A stretch of DNA of 64,000 nt, from the IMG/VR virus record IMGVR_UViG_3300024259_002152, positions 286,867-350,866 of that record; one strand, 5' to 3'. Position numbers and translations under genes: made by a program. The notes under the pieces are model-generated. The model was not told the origin of the DNA. It saw nothing but the letters and a program-made list of their open reading frames with translations, and ran no database searches. This document shows positions 30,058-39,231 of this stretch, piece by piece. Numbering within the stretch: position 1 is the first letter of the stretch; each line of letters starts with the position of its first letter.

Positions 30058-30366
30058 ATGAAAGTCGTGTTAAAACAAAGTTTCAAAATTGGTACTGATA
30101 TATTGAGATATGTAACGTTATGCAAAGAAATTGATATGCCATTCATGCCACAACTGGGTATATATATAGTAACTAAGCCGTGTTTTGCTGCTCGTCAGGT
30201 GTCTTATGGTACATGGGACGCAGAGACAGAACGGGCAGAGGCATATTTCTGTGAGAAAACATATGGATCTCCTAAAAAGAAACGCAAAGTCCAATTAGCA
30301 GAAACACTGAGATTTGAAGCAGATATTGAAGAATATAAAAAACATGGATGGACAGAAGAAGCATAA
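30058..30366 (+). CDS. hypothetical protein
   Basis: AAGGAG RBS. Confidence 0.65.
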   Translation: MKVVLKQSFKIGTDILRYVTLCKEIDMPFMPQLGIYIVTKPCFAARQVSYGTWDAETERAEAYFCEKTYGSPKKKRKVQLAETLRFEADIEEYKKHGWTEEA

Positions 30367-30369
30367 AAC

Positions 30370-30780
30370 ATGGGTAATATCAATACAATTAAAGATAAAG
30401 ATGGAAATGTAATAGGACAAGCTGATCTTGGACTAGCCTGTTACGCAGTGGTTATAGAGATTATAAAAAAATATAATCCAGATAAGACTATTACATTCCC
30501 AAAACCTGGAGAAATAAATGGGTTACTTGAACCAGCCTATGAAAAAGGAAAAGATTATGAAGTAATACAACTCCAAGTATTTATCAATGATAAATCTACT
30601 TTTACAGAAGAAGATATAGAAGCATTTGAGATGGCTGCTGAAAAATGCTTATCACAAAATGAAGAAAAAGGACCAAAGAGAGTCCTGATTGCCGTAAAAG
30701 AATTGATAGAAAAATATGGCGAAATAACGATGGAATATGTGGCAGTAACCCCTCCAAAAATTACTGTTACGAAGGAATAA
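30370..30780 (+). CDS. hypothetical protein
   Basis: Packed array. Confidence 0.65.
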   Translation: MGNINTIKDKDGNVIGQADLGLACYAVVIEIIKKYNPDKTITFPKPGEINGLLEPAYEKGKDYEVIQLQVFINDKSTFTEEDIEAFEMAAEKCLSQNEEKGPKRVLIAVKELIEKYGEITMEYVAVTPPKITVTKE

Positions 30781-30855
30781 ACAATGAATTATACGTTTAT
30801 ATTAACTAATGGATATATGGAACAACATCATAAATGGTTGTATTGGAAATAGACG

Positions 30856-31743
30856 ATGGAACTAATAGTAGAAACAGATATAGGAAGAGATCCTGATGAT
30901 TTCTTTACCCTCTGCTACCTAATCTCAGCAGGGGTGCAAATAAGGGCTATTACTGTCTCTCCTGGAGATCTAGATCAAGTAGCGGTAGTTAAATTTTTAC
31001 TTAAAGAAGTAGGTCTAACTATACCAGTAGGAGTAGGTAGACTAAATAGAATTAAATCATCAGTAGGAGGAGTTCATACCGAACTACTAAGAAAATATAA
31101 ATTTCCATCTGTTTTTCATGATGATGGTTTCGGACCTATAGTAATAAGAGAAACATTTAATAGATATAGAAATGCAGAACTACTCTGTATAGGACCTCTT
31201 TTGAGCGTAGGAGAATATCTTTCACCTCACTCTTCCCAAAAAATATTCTTTGTTAAAAGAGCAACTATGCAAGGAGGTTTTATAGGATATGATATACATG
31301 GTGTAAAAGTCCCAGAATTAGATAAATTTAAAGGACTTACAACATGCTTAACTTTTAACCTCGGAGGAGATAATGAAGGAGCTATGACGTATATCTCCTC
31401 TAAAATGATTAGAGAACGTAATTGGATAGGAAAAAATATCTGCCATACTATCGAATATGATGAAAATGTTCATAATTTTATCCTGTCCATCAAACCCCAT
31501 GATAGAGCAGGAGAATTATTGAGAGAAGGCATGGGCATGTATCTGGCAAAACATAAATCTAAAAAATTCCATGATCCAACAGCAGCAGTGTGTATGCTTC
31601 ATCCAGAAATAGCTACATGGACAAAAGGTAAAATGTATTATGATAGAGGGAAGTGGGGAGCTACTCTTAATGAAAATGGAGATAATATAGCTATTGATGT
31701 AGATAGATCACAATTATGGAATTTTATCGCGAAAGGAGAATAA
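30856..31743 (+). CDS. nucleoside hydrolase (IU-NH family)
   Basis: ETDIGRDPDD, IGPL, MQGG, FN, FHDP. Confidence 0.85.
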   Translation: MELIVETDIGRDPDDFFTLCYLISAGVQIRAITVSPGDLDQVAVVKFLLKEVGLTIPVGVGRLNRIKSSVGGVHTELLRKYKFPSVFHDDGFGPIVIRETFNRYRNAELLCIGPLLSVGEYLSPHSSQKIFFVKRATMQGGFIGYDIHGVKVPELDKFKGLTTCLTFNLGGDNEGAMTYISSKMIRERNWIGKNICHTIEYDENVHNFILSIKPHDRAGELLREGMGMYLAKHKSKKFHDPTAAVCMLHPEIATWTKGKMYYDRGKWGATLNENGDNIAIDVDRSQLWNFIAKGE

Positions 31744-31744
31744 T

Positions 31745-31927
31745 ATGATCGCCAAATATAAACATTTTGCTACTGCTGATCTATATTCTGCTGCTACTGA
31801 GTTTATTAACCAAATAGGTGAAGAACGATTGATTACTGTTACATCAAATGCCTATCAATCGAATTCTAGCCCAGGAAACCTAAGAAACGGGGAAAAAGTT
31901 ACTGTTTGGTACTGGGGAGAAAAATAA
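31745..31927 (+). CDS. hypothetical protein
   Basis: AAGGAG RBS. Confidence 0.6.
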   Translation: MIAKYKHFATADLYSAATEFINQIGEERLITVTSNAYQSNSSPGNLRNGEKVTVWYWGEK

Positions 31928-31932
31928 ACACC

Positions 31933-32196
31933 ATGAAAAGTCCTAAATGTAGTAAATTAATGAAAAAAAGACATGGAGAAGATCTTCCTAAATTTACTAG
32001 GTGTATCCAATGCTTTTGGAGTTTTATATGCGATGATAAATTCGGGAAAAATACCTTTTGGGACGATACCTTCTGTCATTATAAAAAATCAAGATTCCAA
32101 GAACATGATAAAAAACCCAAAAAATATGTGAGCCATACTAGCTATTGTAATTATCCCAATGATCCGTGTTGTTGCGATTTGAATTATGGCGGATAA
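31933..32196 (+). CDS. Cys-rich hypothetical protein
   Basis: Packed array. Confidence 0.55.
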   Translation: MKSPKCSKLMKKRHGEDLPKFTRCIQCFWSFICDDKFGKNTFWDDTFCHYKKSRFQEHDKKPKKYVSHTSYCNYPNDPCCCDLNYGG

Positions 32197-32219
32197 AATT
32201 ATAGACTAAAGGAGAATCT

Positions 32220-32426
32220 ATGATATTTGGGAAAACATATTCACAACGATTGAGAGAAAGAGATGAGATCAAAGAAAAACAATCAAAAGAAATTAAGTGG
32301 TTTGCCTGGAGACCAGTTGAGTTAAAGGATGGACGAATTGTATGGCTACAATATGTATATCGAACCTATCGATATGGTCGGATCTCAGGGCGGCGGTACT
32401 GGGTATATTCAACTAGAAAAAAATAA
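32220..32426 (+). CDS. hypothetical protein
   Basis: WFAWRPV...VWLQYV phage-type motif. Confidence 0.65.
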   Translation: MIFGKTYSQRLRERDEIKEKQSKEIKWFAWRPVELKDGRIVWLQYVYRTYRYGRISGRRYWVYSTRKK

Positions 32427-32456
32427 ATTATATCTAACTCGAAAGGAAAATAACCT

Positions 32457-32675
32457 ATGATCTTTCTGAAAAAAAAGACAAAAAAAGAATGGACAATTAC
32501 TGCAAAAGAAGCAAAAGCACTAGCCAAAGAACTCGACTATATAGCAGATGAAGCTAATAGTCATAACTGTGCCTATCCCTCAAGAGTAATATTTGCGGGA
32601 GATCCAGATAATCTCAAAATCCCAAAACGTAGAGAATTTAGAATAGTAGCATTGCCAGATCAGGAGGTAGAATGA
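32457..32675 (+). CDS. hypothetical protein
   Basis: AAGGA RBS. Confidence 0.6.
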   Translation: MIFLKKKTKKEWTITAKEAKALAKELDYIADEANSHNCAYPSRVIFAGDPDNLKIPKRREFRIVALPDQEVE

Positions 32676-33088
32676 AAATCATATCAAAAAACACTATTAA
32701 AACAATGGAAGGCTATGAAGATATTCCACTATTCCTCGATGTCTTTAAACTAGAGCCTCAATATGAAGAAGATGAAGAGGGGAAACTGAGATTTAAACCA
32801 AATTCTGTAATAAAATATCTTCTTGATTATCATAAAATACAAACAATGATGACCTGCGAGAGCGGAGGGCTTGCAATTGTATGGGAAGATGCAGAAAAAG
32901 GAGAATATACCCTTAGAGAAATGATCGAACTCTATATCCATATGGGATACTCCCTCTGCGGATTTACAGCGATATTCGGGGAGGCAATGGACAAAGTCCT
33001 AAATATCGAAAGAGATGACGAGGGAGGAGTTATATCTAAATATGGACCAAGCACCATCTCAAAAGAATTTGTAGATCAACCAATCTAA
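32672..33088 (+). CDS. hypothetical protein
   Basis: AGGAGG RBS; LRFKPN...MGYSLCGF. Confidence 0.7.
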   Translation: MKIISKNTIKTMEGYEDIPLFLDVFKLEPQYEEDEEGKLRFKPNSVIKYLLDYHKIQTMMTCESGGLAIVWEDAEKGEYTLREMIELYIHMGYSLCGFTAIFGEAMDKVLNIERDDEGGVISKYGPSTISKEFVDQPI

Positions 33089-33105
33089 TCCTATGGAGAA
33101 TAATA

Positions 33106-33336
33106 ATGAGTATCGAATTTGAATATGAATGTAGAGAAGGAAATCTTAATCCAGAACATAGATTAATCTATCTCTACAGTAGAGTGAATGGGGCAGATAA
33201 AACATTGGGCTATTTATGGATGTCACAAGAAGAATTTGATCGCTTCTGTATTCTTATGGCCAAAGGTAAAGTATTCGAAGAGTTTGAAGAAGCCTTTAGA
33301 GATACTATAAAAGAAAAACTAATCGGAACAGGATAA
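33106..33336 (+). CDS. hypothetical protein
   Basis: GGAG RBS. Confidence 0.6.
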   Translation: MSIEFEYECREGNLNPEHRLIYLYSRVNGADKTLGYLWMSQEEFDRFCILMAKGKVFEEFEEAFRDTIKEKLIGTG

Positions 33337-33340
33337 TTAT

Positions 33341-33526
33341 ATGATAGAACCATCATCCCCTAATATCTCAATGTCTGGAGAATTAACTACCTTCGCAGAA
33401 ACAGCAATGACTATATTTAAGTATGGAATTATAATCTTAGCAATAGTCGTCTGCATATCACTGATTGCTAATTTAATTGGAAAGAGAATAAAAAACGGAG
33501 ATAATGATGAAAATACTAGAAATTGA
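33341..33526 (+). CDS. small membrane protein
   Basis: Single TM. Confidence 0.55.
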   Translation: MIEPSSPNISMSGELTTFAETAMTIFKYGIIILAIVVCISLIANLIGKRIKNGDNDENTRN

Positions 33527-33731
33527 ATATTGTAATTCTTGTCCTTATTTTGAATGCTATTTTCTTGATAGTAAAAATTTTACCCTATTGTGTAAAAAAT
33601 GCACCGAACGCACTATAAAACATTATGATGTAGAGAGTGAAGAATATCAAAATATAATTATGAATCGGGATAAAGTGGCTTCTATTACTCCTCCCGAATG
33701 GTGCCCACTACCAGATAAAATCACTGATTAG
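33504..33731 (+). CDS. Cys-rich hypothetical protein
   Basis: CNSCPY...PEWCPL. Confidence 0.65.
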   Translation: MMKILEIEYCNSCPYFECYFLDSKNFTLLCKKCTERTIKHYDVESEEYQNIIMNRDKVASITPPEWCPLPDKITD

Positions 33732-33765
33732 TAGATTTTTAAACAAATATACCATGGCGATCATG

Positions 33766-33830
33766 GTGGAACAAAGTGGAAAAGAATGGCAATCAGTGGA
33801 AAAAAGTAGAAAAAACCCACTTTTTACTAC
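33766..33830 (+). promoter_or_regulatory. 10-nt periodic GTGG box array (MraZ-operator-like)
   Basis: GTGG/ATGG/GTAG at 33766, 33776, 33786, 33796, 33806; inverted CCAC/CTAC at 33817, 33827. Confidence 0.55.
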
Positions 33831-33838
33831 TTTAACCC

Positions 33839-33866
33839 TTGACAAAACCCAAATACCCCCTATAAT
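33839..33866 (+). promoter_or_regulatory. sigma70-type promoter
   Basis: TTGACA-16-TATAAT. Confidence 0.7.
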
Positions 33867-33923
33867 ACATATTGATTTGTCCAAAATATTTTAATAAATA
33901 AATCTAAAAGAAAGCAACTTATA

Positions 33924-34193
33924 ATGTTCTATGTATGTATAGAAAGAAAAAATAGGGAAAGAACTGTAGCATCATCAGCTACAAGTAAAATTAAACTTGA
34001 TAGAACCCTACAAGCACTAATAATAGAAGGACCAAGGAATGCTGTGACAGAATATACTTCAGAATTTGACTCTGCCTTCTTCACAGAATCAGATGAAATA
34101 GCTATTAACTTCCTACTCAGAAGACCAATCGATACAAGTAAAATTAGAGATAAAATATTTACTCCAAAATGGGAAGAAAGAAAACAAAGATAA
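33924..34193 (+). CDS. hypothetical protein
   Basis: Downstream of promoter. Confidence 0.6.
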   Translation: MFYVCIERKNRERTVASSATSKIKLDRTLQALIIEGPRNAVTEYTSEFDSAFFTESDEIAINFLLRRPIDTSKIRDKIFTPKWEERKQR

Positions 34194-34206
34194 GGAATAA
34201 ATCATT

Positions 34207-34728
34207 ATGTGCTTATCCACTGTAATGACAGATAAAGAAATGAAAAAAGAAGTAGCTACAATACCTAGAGAAGGGATAGTAGTCTATAAAATGGTGCAGG
34301 TAGGTAAAGAAGTATATATGACTGTAATTAAAAACGGAGTAAAAAATTTGGTAGTAGATAATAGATACTATCCAGTATTTTTCGGAAACGATCCGTATAA
34401 AGAAGGGGTAAATAAAGCCTGTACCGAACATAAACCATGGACAAGCCATCAAACACAAACAGATATAATAGATGGAGTAAAATATATAAGAAATGTAACA
34501 TATGAGTCAGGATTTCATTTCTATAAAACAAAATCTGCAGCAAAATCTCACCTAAAAGGACTTACAGAATGTAACACAAGAGATTATTGTCACCCCTGCT
34601 CAAGATATACTGTTATCGAATGTATTGTTAAAAAATCATGGATAACTGCCATAGGAACAGAAAATATTCTAAAACAATCAGAAGATGTTATTGTCGCTAA
34701 AAAAGCAATATTTCCGAAAGCAGCATAA
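34207..34728 (+). CDS. hypothetical protein
   Basis: MCLS...VYK...YESGFH phage-type motif. Confidence 0.7.
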   Translation: MCLSTVMTDKEMKKEVATIPREGIVVYKMVQVGKEVYMTVIKNGVKNLVVDNRYYPVFFGNDPYKEGVNKACTEHKPWTSHQTQTDIIDGVKYIRNVTYESGFHFYKTKSAAKSHLKGLTECNTRDYCHPCSRYTVIECIVKKSWITAIGTENILKQSEDVIVAKKAIFPKAA

Positions 34729-34937
34729 TGCCTGATAAAGAACTATACAATATAATAGATCAATATGGACTACCAAGAGATGAAGTCTCCTGCCCATCAT
34801 GCGGACATCTCTATGGAACTCATAACAGACTAGTCTGCTCGACATGCGAAGAATGCTCCAAATGCTGTCACTGCCCAAAACCTAATCACATCAATCCTGA
34901 TGATTTTGTAGGTAAATATTTATTATCAGAAGAATAA
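34728..34937 (+). CDS. Cys-rich zinc-finger protein
   Basis: CPSC...CSTCEECSKCCHC. Confidence 0.65.
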   Translation: MPDKELYNIIDQYGLPRDEVSCPSCGHLYGTHNRLVCSTCEECSKCCHCPKPNHINPDDFVGKYLLSEE

Positions 34938-34938
34938 T

Positions 34939-35433
34939 ATGTTCTACCAAAACCAAAAAAATATAAATACTATAGGGTGGTTGTTGATTGTAATAAACCT
35001 CCTCATAACAATATCTATAGGAATGAAATTTGGAATTATCTTTATTCTCCCTGTTCTAATAGGTATTATTATAACTGTTCTTGTATATAAGAAAAATACT
35101 AAAATTGGTAATATCCTCTGCACAAATTGTAAATACTTCAAAATCTCAACTATAGATACACTTTCAGAATGCTTAGCCCCCGAAAATACTAAAATAGATG
35201 ATACTTCACTAGGAACTATGAAAGTAAAAACAAAAATACAAATACAAACTAATGAAAATTTAAATGAAAATAATGACTGTAAATTCTATAAATATGATTG
35301 CAGCCTTTATGCAATAGATGAAGAACATGCGTCAGAAATATGCTGGGAAACAGGAGCAATATTTACAGTAATAACTATTTTTCTAACTTTTATTGCTCTG
35401 ACTATAAGATTAGTATTCGTAATGCCAAAATAA
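34939..35433 (+). CDS. membrane protein with Cys motif
   Basis: TM segments, CTNCKY. Confidence 0.65.
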   Translation: MFYQNQKNINTIGWLLIVINLLITISIGMKFGIIFILPVLIGIIITVLVYKKNTKIGNILCTNCKYFKISTIDTLSECLAPENTKIDDTSLGTMKVKTKIQIQTNENLNENNDCKFYKYDCSLYAIDEEHASEICWETGAIFTVITIFLTFIALTIRLVFVMPK

Positions 35434-35593
35434 ATAATAAGGAATAATACTATGAAACTACTCGATAAATTCGAAAAACACTGGCATAAATATGAAAAAA
35501 TCTATAACAAAGCTTTCTGGATATTTATTATATCTATACTTGCAATTATTGCCATAGGATGGATAGGTATATTTATTTAAATCGCGGAGAAAA

Positions 35594-36403
35594 ATGATGA
35601 ACCCTACCCCCTCAAATGATCTTCCAGAAAATGCTCAAGCATATGGGAAAAGAATCGGACAAAATTTTGTTAAAAAATTTGATGCGAAAGAACAATCCTA
35701 TAACCTTAATGCAAGAGGACTACAAACAGGTAAAGCAGCTACTGCTATAGCAGAAATGTTATACCAATGCTATAAAAAAGAACAAGAAACAAACTGCGGA
35801 GAATTACTGAATAAATGGATAGCTGAACACCTGTGGGCAATTATACTACTAGACTATATGCCTAAACTACAAAAAATATGGCAATATCTATATGATAATA
35901 AATATAATAAAAGTCATACTCTGCCCTATGGAGATGCAGATGGAAATATATGGGTAGAATACCCTAAACAAATATCTAAATGGACAGATAATAGAAAAAT
36001 CCTTATACATACCTCTCATTGCACTATGGCCGATGATAATACTCATATCTTTATGATGGATAAAGATAGTGCTCTAAATACCCTAGAAATTAGAACTGTA
36101 TGGCCAAGACAAAATCTTAAAGGCGGATATAAAGTAGAAAAATCAGAAGAATATCCAAATGGATGGTTCTCGTGGGGAGATGATAGAGATGTTAAAATAC
36201 CTTCTCTGCAAACCTATAGAGATAGAAATTTCGAATATGGATACCATGATGCAACAGATAAAGGATATGTCGTAACTCTACAAACTATTGGAGAACCAAA
36301 AGCAAAAAGAGCAGATATATATCAACAAGAAATACAACATGCCGTATGGCTTATTAATATTATGGAAAATGTCATAGAAGATAAAGTCAATACTAAACCC
36401 TAA
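35594..36403 (+). CDS. hypothetical protein
   Basis: GGAG RBS, 269 aa. Confidence 0.75.
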   Translation: MMNPTPSNDLPENAQAYGKRIGQNFVKKFDAKEQSYNLNARGLQTGKAATAIAEMLYQCYKKEQETNCGELLNKWIAEHLWAIILLDYMPKLQKIWQYLYDNKYNKSHTLPYGDADGNIWVEYPKQISKWTDNRKILIHTSHCTMADDNTHIFMMDKDSALNTLEIRTVWPRQNLKGGYKVEKSEEYPNGWFSWGDDRDVKIPSLQTYRDRNFEYGYHDATDKGYVVTLQTIGEPKAKRADIYQQEIQHAVWLINIMENVIEDKVNTKP

Positions 36404-36613
36404 CTAATTTCGCGGAAAATAATGTAAACCCAAACTACTACTAAAATGAATATATTCACTAACCTAATAGAAGCATTCGATAAAGCATGGAAACATCTAT
36501 CTAATACTAATAAAGTAATAATAACTACTCTACTTATTATACAAGCTATAAATGGACTACAAATAATCATAAGTATAATAAAATACATAACTTATAGTAT
36601 ATTATGATAGGAA

Positions 36614-36982
36614 ATGATAATGGAAGTAAATGAATCACTATACCCTAAGGCAGTATGTATCTTCTGTGAGCATTGTGTAGATGAAGAAGGAGATGAAGAA
36701 TTTGTCTTTCAATCAGATTGTGATACCTATCTATGTAAAAAACATCCCACTCAAAGAACTATTCATCCTGTTACTGGAAAACCTTGCTATGCCTTTCAAC
36801 ATGAAGAACATATAGAATGGAATGTAGGAAGTAAATATAAATTATGTATACATGTTAATCATGATGGACAATGCTCACATTTCTCCAAAATAGGAGAAAA
36901 AGAACAAAAAGAAAGGAAATTGTCAGTAGGTGAGCAAGAAGAAGTAGTAGAAGTAGAAGAAGTAGAAGAAGGAAATATATAG
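36614..36982 (+). CDS. Cys-rich hypothetical protein
   Basis: CIFCEH...HPVTG...NHDGQC. Confidence 0.65.
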   Translation: MIMEVNESLYPKAVCIFCEHCVDEEGDEEFVFQSDCDTYLCKKHPTQRTIHPVTGKPCYAFQHEEHIEWNVGSKYKLCIHVNHDGQCSHFSKIGEKEQKERKLSVGEQEEVVEVEEVEEGNI

Positions 36983-36998
36983 TGTTCCACGTGGAACA
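36983..36998. promoter_or_regulatory. parS: parS centromere-like site
   Basis: Perfect 16-bp palindrome TGTTCCACGTGGAACA matching the bacterial chromosomal parS consensus. Confidence 0.85.
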
Positions 36999-37252
36999 AT
37001 TGTAGTAGGTTATAGGAAAAATGGAAATTCCTGGCACCAAAATAGGAAATTCATTATATCAATTTTTTGGTTCTATATAGAAAAATTAGCGTTTCATTAC
37101 ACTAAAATTTTTGGTTCTCGGTGGACCTTTAAAAAATGGATCAAAAATTCCCCAAAAAATAATAGATTTTTTTATTAAAATTTTCAATAAAGGAGAAATA
37201 AATTGTCTGGAAAATCGATAGTGTCGATAAATTCCAGACCACGAGAAAACAC

Positions 37253-37281
37253 TTGCAAAAGTGATTAGTAAATGGTAAAAT
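37253..37281 (+). promoter_or_regulatory. sigma70-type promoter between two inverted-repeat pairs
   Basis: TTGCAA-17-TAAAAT. Confidence 0.55.
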
Positions 37282-37382
37282 AGAGAAGAATCGATAGTCT
37301 GGAAAAAATAGGAGCAAAAATAATTCCAGACAAGTATTTTACCATCACCCCTTGATTTCCCCCTAGGAGAAAGGTTTTTGAG

Positions 37383-38102
37383 ATGATTGAGATTATGTAC
37401 TCACCAGAAGATGTAGGCAAAGAAGTTAAAAATAGTCATGGAAAACATACAATAATTAGAAAATACCATATGACAGAAAAAGAAAAGGAGATAGCACGAA
37501 ATAAGTGGTTAGTAATAACAGCAAAAATAAATAAAAGAATAGTTAAGCAAGCAGGAGATTTATTTTATAATCCATACCGAAAGGGAGTATATTACTATCA
37601 GATCTATTCTATGTTCTTATTAGGAGCTAATAAATGGCATAGTTTAAATGCTGTCCTAAAGAAGATGGAAAGTATTATGTCAAAGATAGTAGTTAAAAAA
37701 GATGGATATCAGATAACAGCATGGGACAAATTTCGAGGTAAGGGTAGCAGAGACAGTGCTATCAGATGTAAAGATTTTGTTGGCAGGGTGCAGGAGAATA
37801 TGGTATTCTTTCAACGTCTTACTAGACTACATCCTTATGGTTATAAGCTATGGCAGGTTGGTTCTGCTGTAGATATTAAGAGAGTAAGTAGAAGAGGGTT
37901 TGTAAGTGGTTGTTATTACTACAGGTTATCTACTTATGGCACATCAAAAGAAGCATTACCTATAAGAGATTATAGAGAATTTAACTTTCCTCAGCATGAG
38001 AGGAAATATGTTAGTTATAAGTTCATTGGGACTGTTATCACTAAAGATAAAGTCATAACTGAAGGGAAAATAAATGAGATGTCACAAATGCAATCAGGAT
38101 AG
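37383..38102 (+). CDS. basic hypothetical protein next to the candidate origin
   Basis: 239 aa, K/R/Y rich. Confidence 0.75.
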   Translation: MIEIMYSPEDVGKEVKNSHGKHTIIRKYHMTEKEKEIARNKWLVITAKINKRIVKQAGDLFYNPYRKGVYYYQIYSMFLLGANKWHSLNAVLKKMESIMSKIVVKKDGYQITAWDKFRGKGSRDSAIRCKDFVGRVQENMVFFQRLTRLHPYGYKLWQVGSAVDIKRVSRRGFVSGCYYYRLSTYGTSKEALPIRDYREFNFPQHERKYVSYKFIGTVITKDKVITEGKINEMSQMQSG

Positions 38103-38640
38103 TATAAAGATTGATAATGGACATATTATTTGTGAGATATGTGGTTTAGATATAGATGTTAGTTCTTTAGAAGATCCATTATTTGATTTATTCTTCTATA
38201 ATGAAAATTTGCAAGAAGCAGAGAAGTTAGGTAAGGAGTCGTATATAGAGGGTAAGGACATGGGAGATAATCCTTATTCTATTGCTTCTGATCAGCTTAT
38301 GCTTAATAAGAGGTGGGAGGCAGGTTATAGCACCGAAAGGGATATAGAGGAAAAAGAGGCATTATTAATTTCTGCCGAAAATTTAAAAAATGTCCTTGAA
38401 AAACTAGAAAAACTACAAACTGCTATAAAAGAGAAGGAACAAGTCTCTGATCAGACCATAGAAGAACTAAGAGAAGGTAATTCTATTCTCGTAGAAAGAA
38501 TAGATAATCTTAATTCTCTTTGTGTTAATTTAGAGAAGATAGTTAAAAGAGTTAAGATACTAGAAAAGACAAAATATCTCCTTCCTGGGCGATACAGGAG
38601 GGAAATAGCTAAGATTACGATAAAAATTCCAGACAAGTGA
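38074..38640 (+). CDS. zinc-ribbon plus coiled-coil protein
   Basis: CHKC...CEICG; NPY...WEAGY. Confidence 0.7.
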   Translation: MRCHKCNQDSIKIDNGHIICEICGLDIDVSSLEDPLFDLFFYNENLQEAEKLGKESYIEGKDMGDNPYSIASDQLMLNKRWEAGYSTERDIEEKEALLISAENLKNVLEKLEKLQTAIKEKEQVSDQTIEELREGNSILVERIDNLNSLCVNLEKIVKRVKILEKTKYLLPGRYRREIAKITIKIPDK

Positions 38641-38697
38641 TTTTTTATAATGGTATAATGTGGCAATAGTAAAAGCAGTTATATTAGGAGAAAAATC

Positions 38698-39198
38698 ATG
38701 AGTGACTTTCAGAGTAAAGCTAATGAAGTAGTAACATATGGAGCATTGGGTTTTGGAGCAAGTATAGTTGTATGTTTTATAATTGTTTGGTATCCTGCTT
38801 TAATGCTAACATTATCGGCTGTTGATCATATGTGTGATTGGAAGAATGTAACGACATTTCGTGAGCAGGGGTATTCTCGTCAAATGCCTGAAGGTTATTA
38901 TGGAGAATATCTTGGTTTGTCTGACGCTGAGGCTCGTGCAAAGTATGCAAAAAGTTTAGATGATCCAATTGTTCTTATAGATGAAGATAAATTTAATAGT
39001 GCCTGTTGGGCAGGAGTTATAATAGGGATTATTATATGGGGGTTTCTTGTCTTTTTAGTTAAGAATATAAAGGACACATGGCCTATTGTGGTAGGTTTGT
39101 ATGTGTTTTCTTTCTATCCTTTCATGAAGTGGATAGGATGGGCAATAGACTCTGATGCTGGTCGTTTTCCTGGTGTTGATTGGATACCATGGTGGTAA
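38698..39198 (+). CDS. membrane protein
   Basis: AGGAG RBS, three TM segments. Confidence 0.7.
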   Translation: MSDFQSKANEVVTYGALGFGASIVVCFIIVWYPALMLTLSAVDHMCDWKNVTTFREQGYSRQMPEGYYGEYLGLSDAEARAKYAKSLDDPIVLIDEDKFNSACWAGVIIGIIIWGFLVFLVKNIKDTWPIVVGLYVFSFYPFMKWIGWAIDSDAGRFPGVDWIPWW

Positions 39199-39231
39199 AT
39201 TCCAGACAATGAGTTTTAGTTAACAGTAGGT

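Larger units (their letters stand above)
36983..37380. other. candidate replication origin
   Basis: 400-bp intergenic AT-rich region with parS, repeats and a C-rich to G-rich skew switch. Confidence 0.55.
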
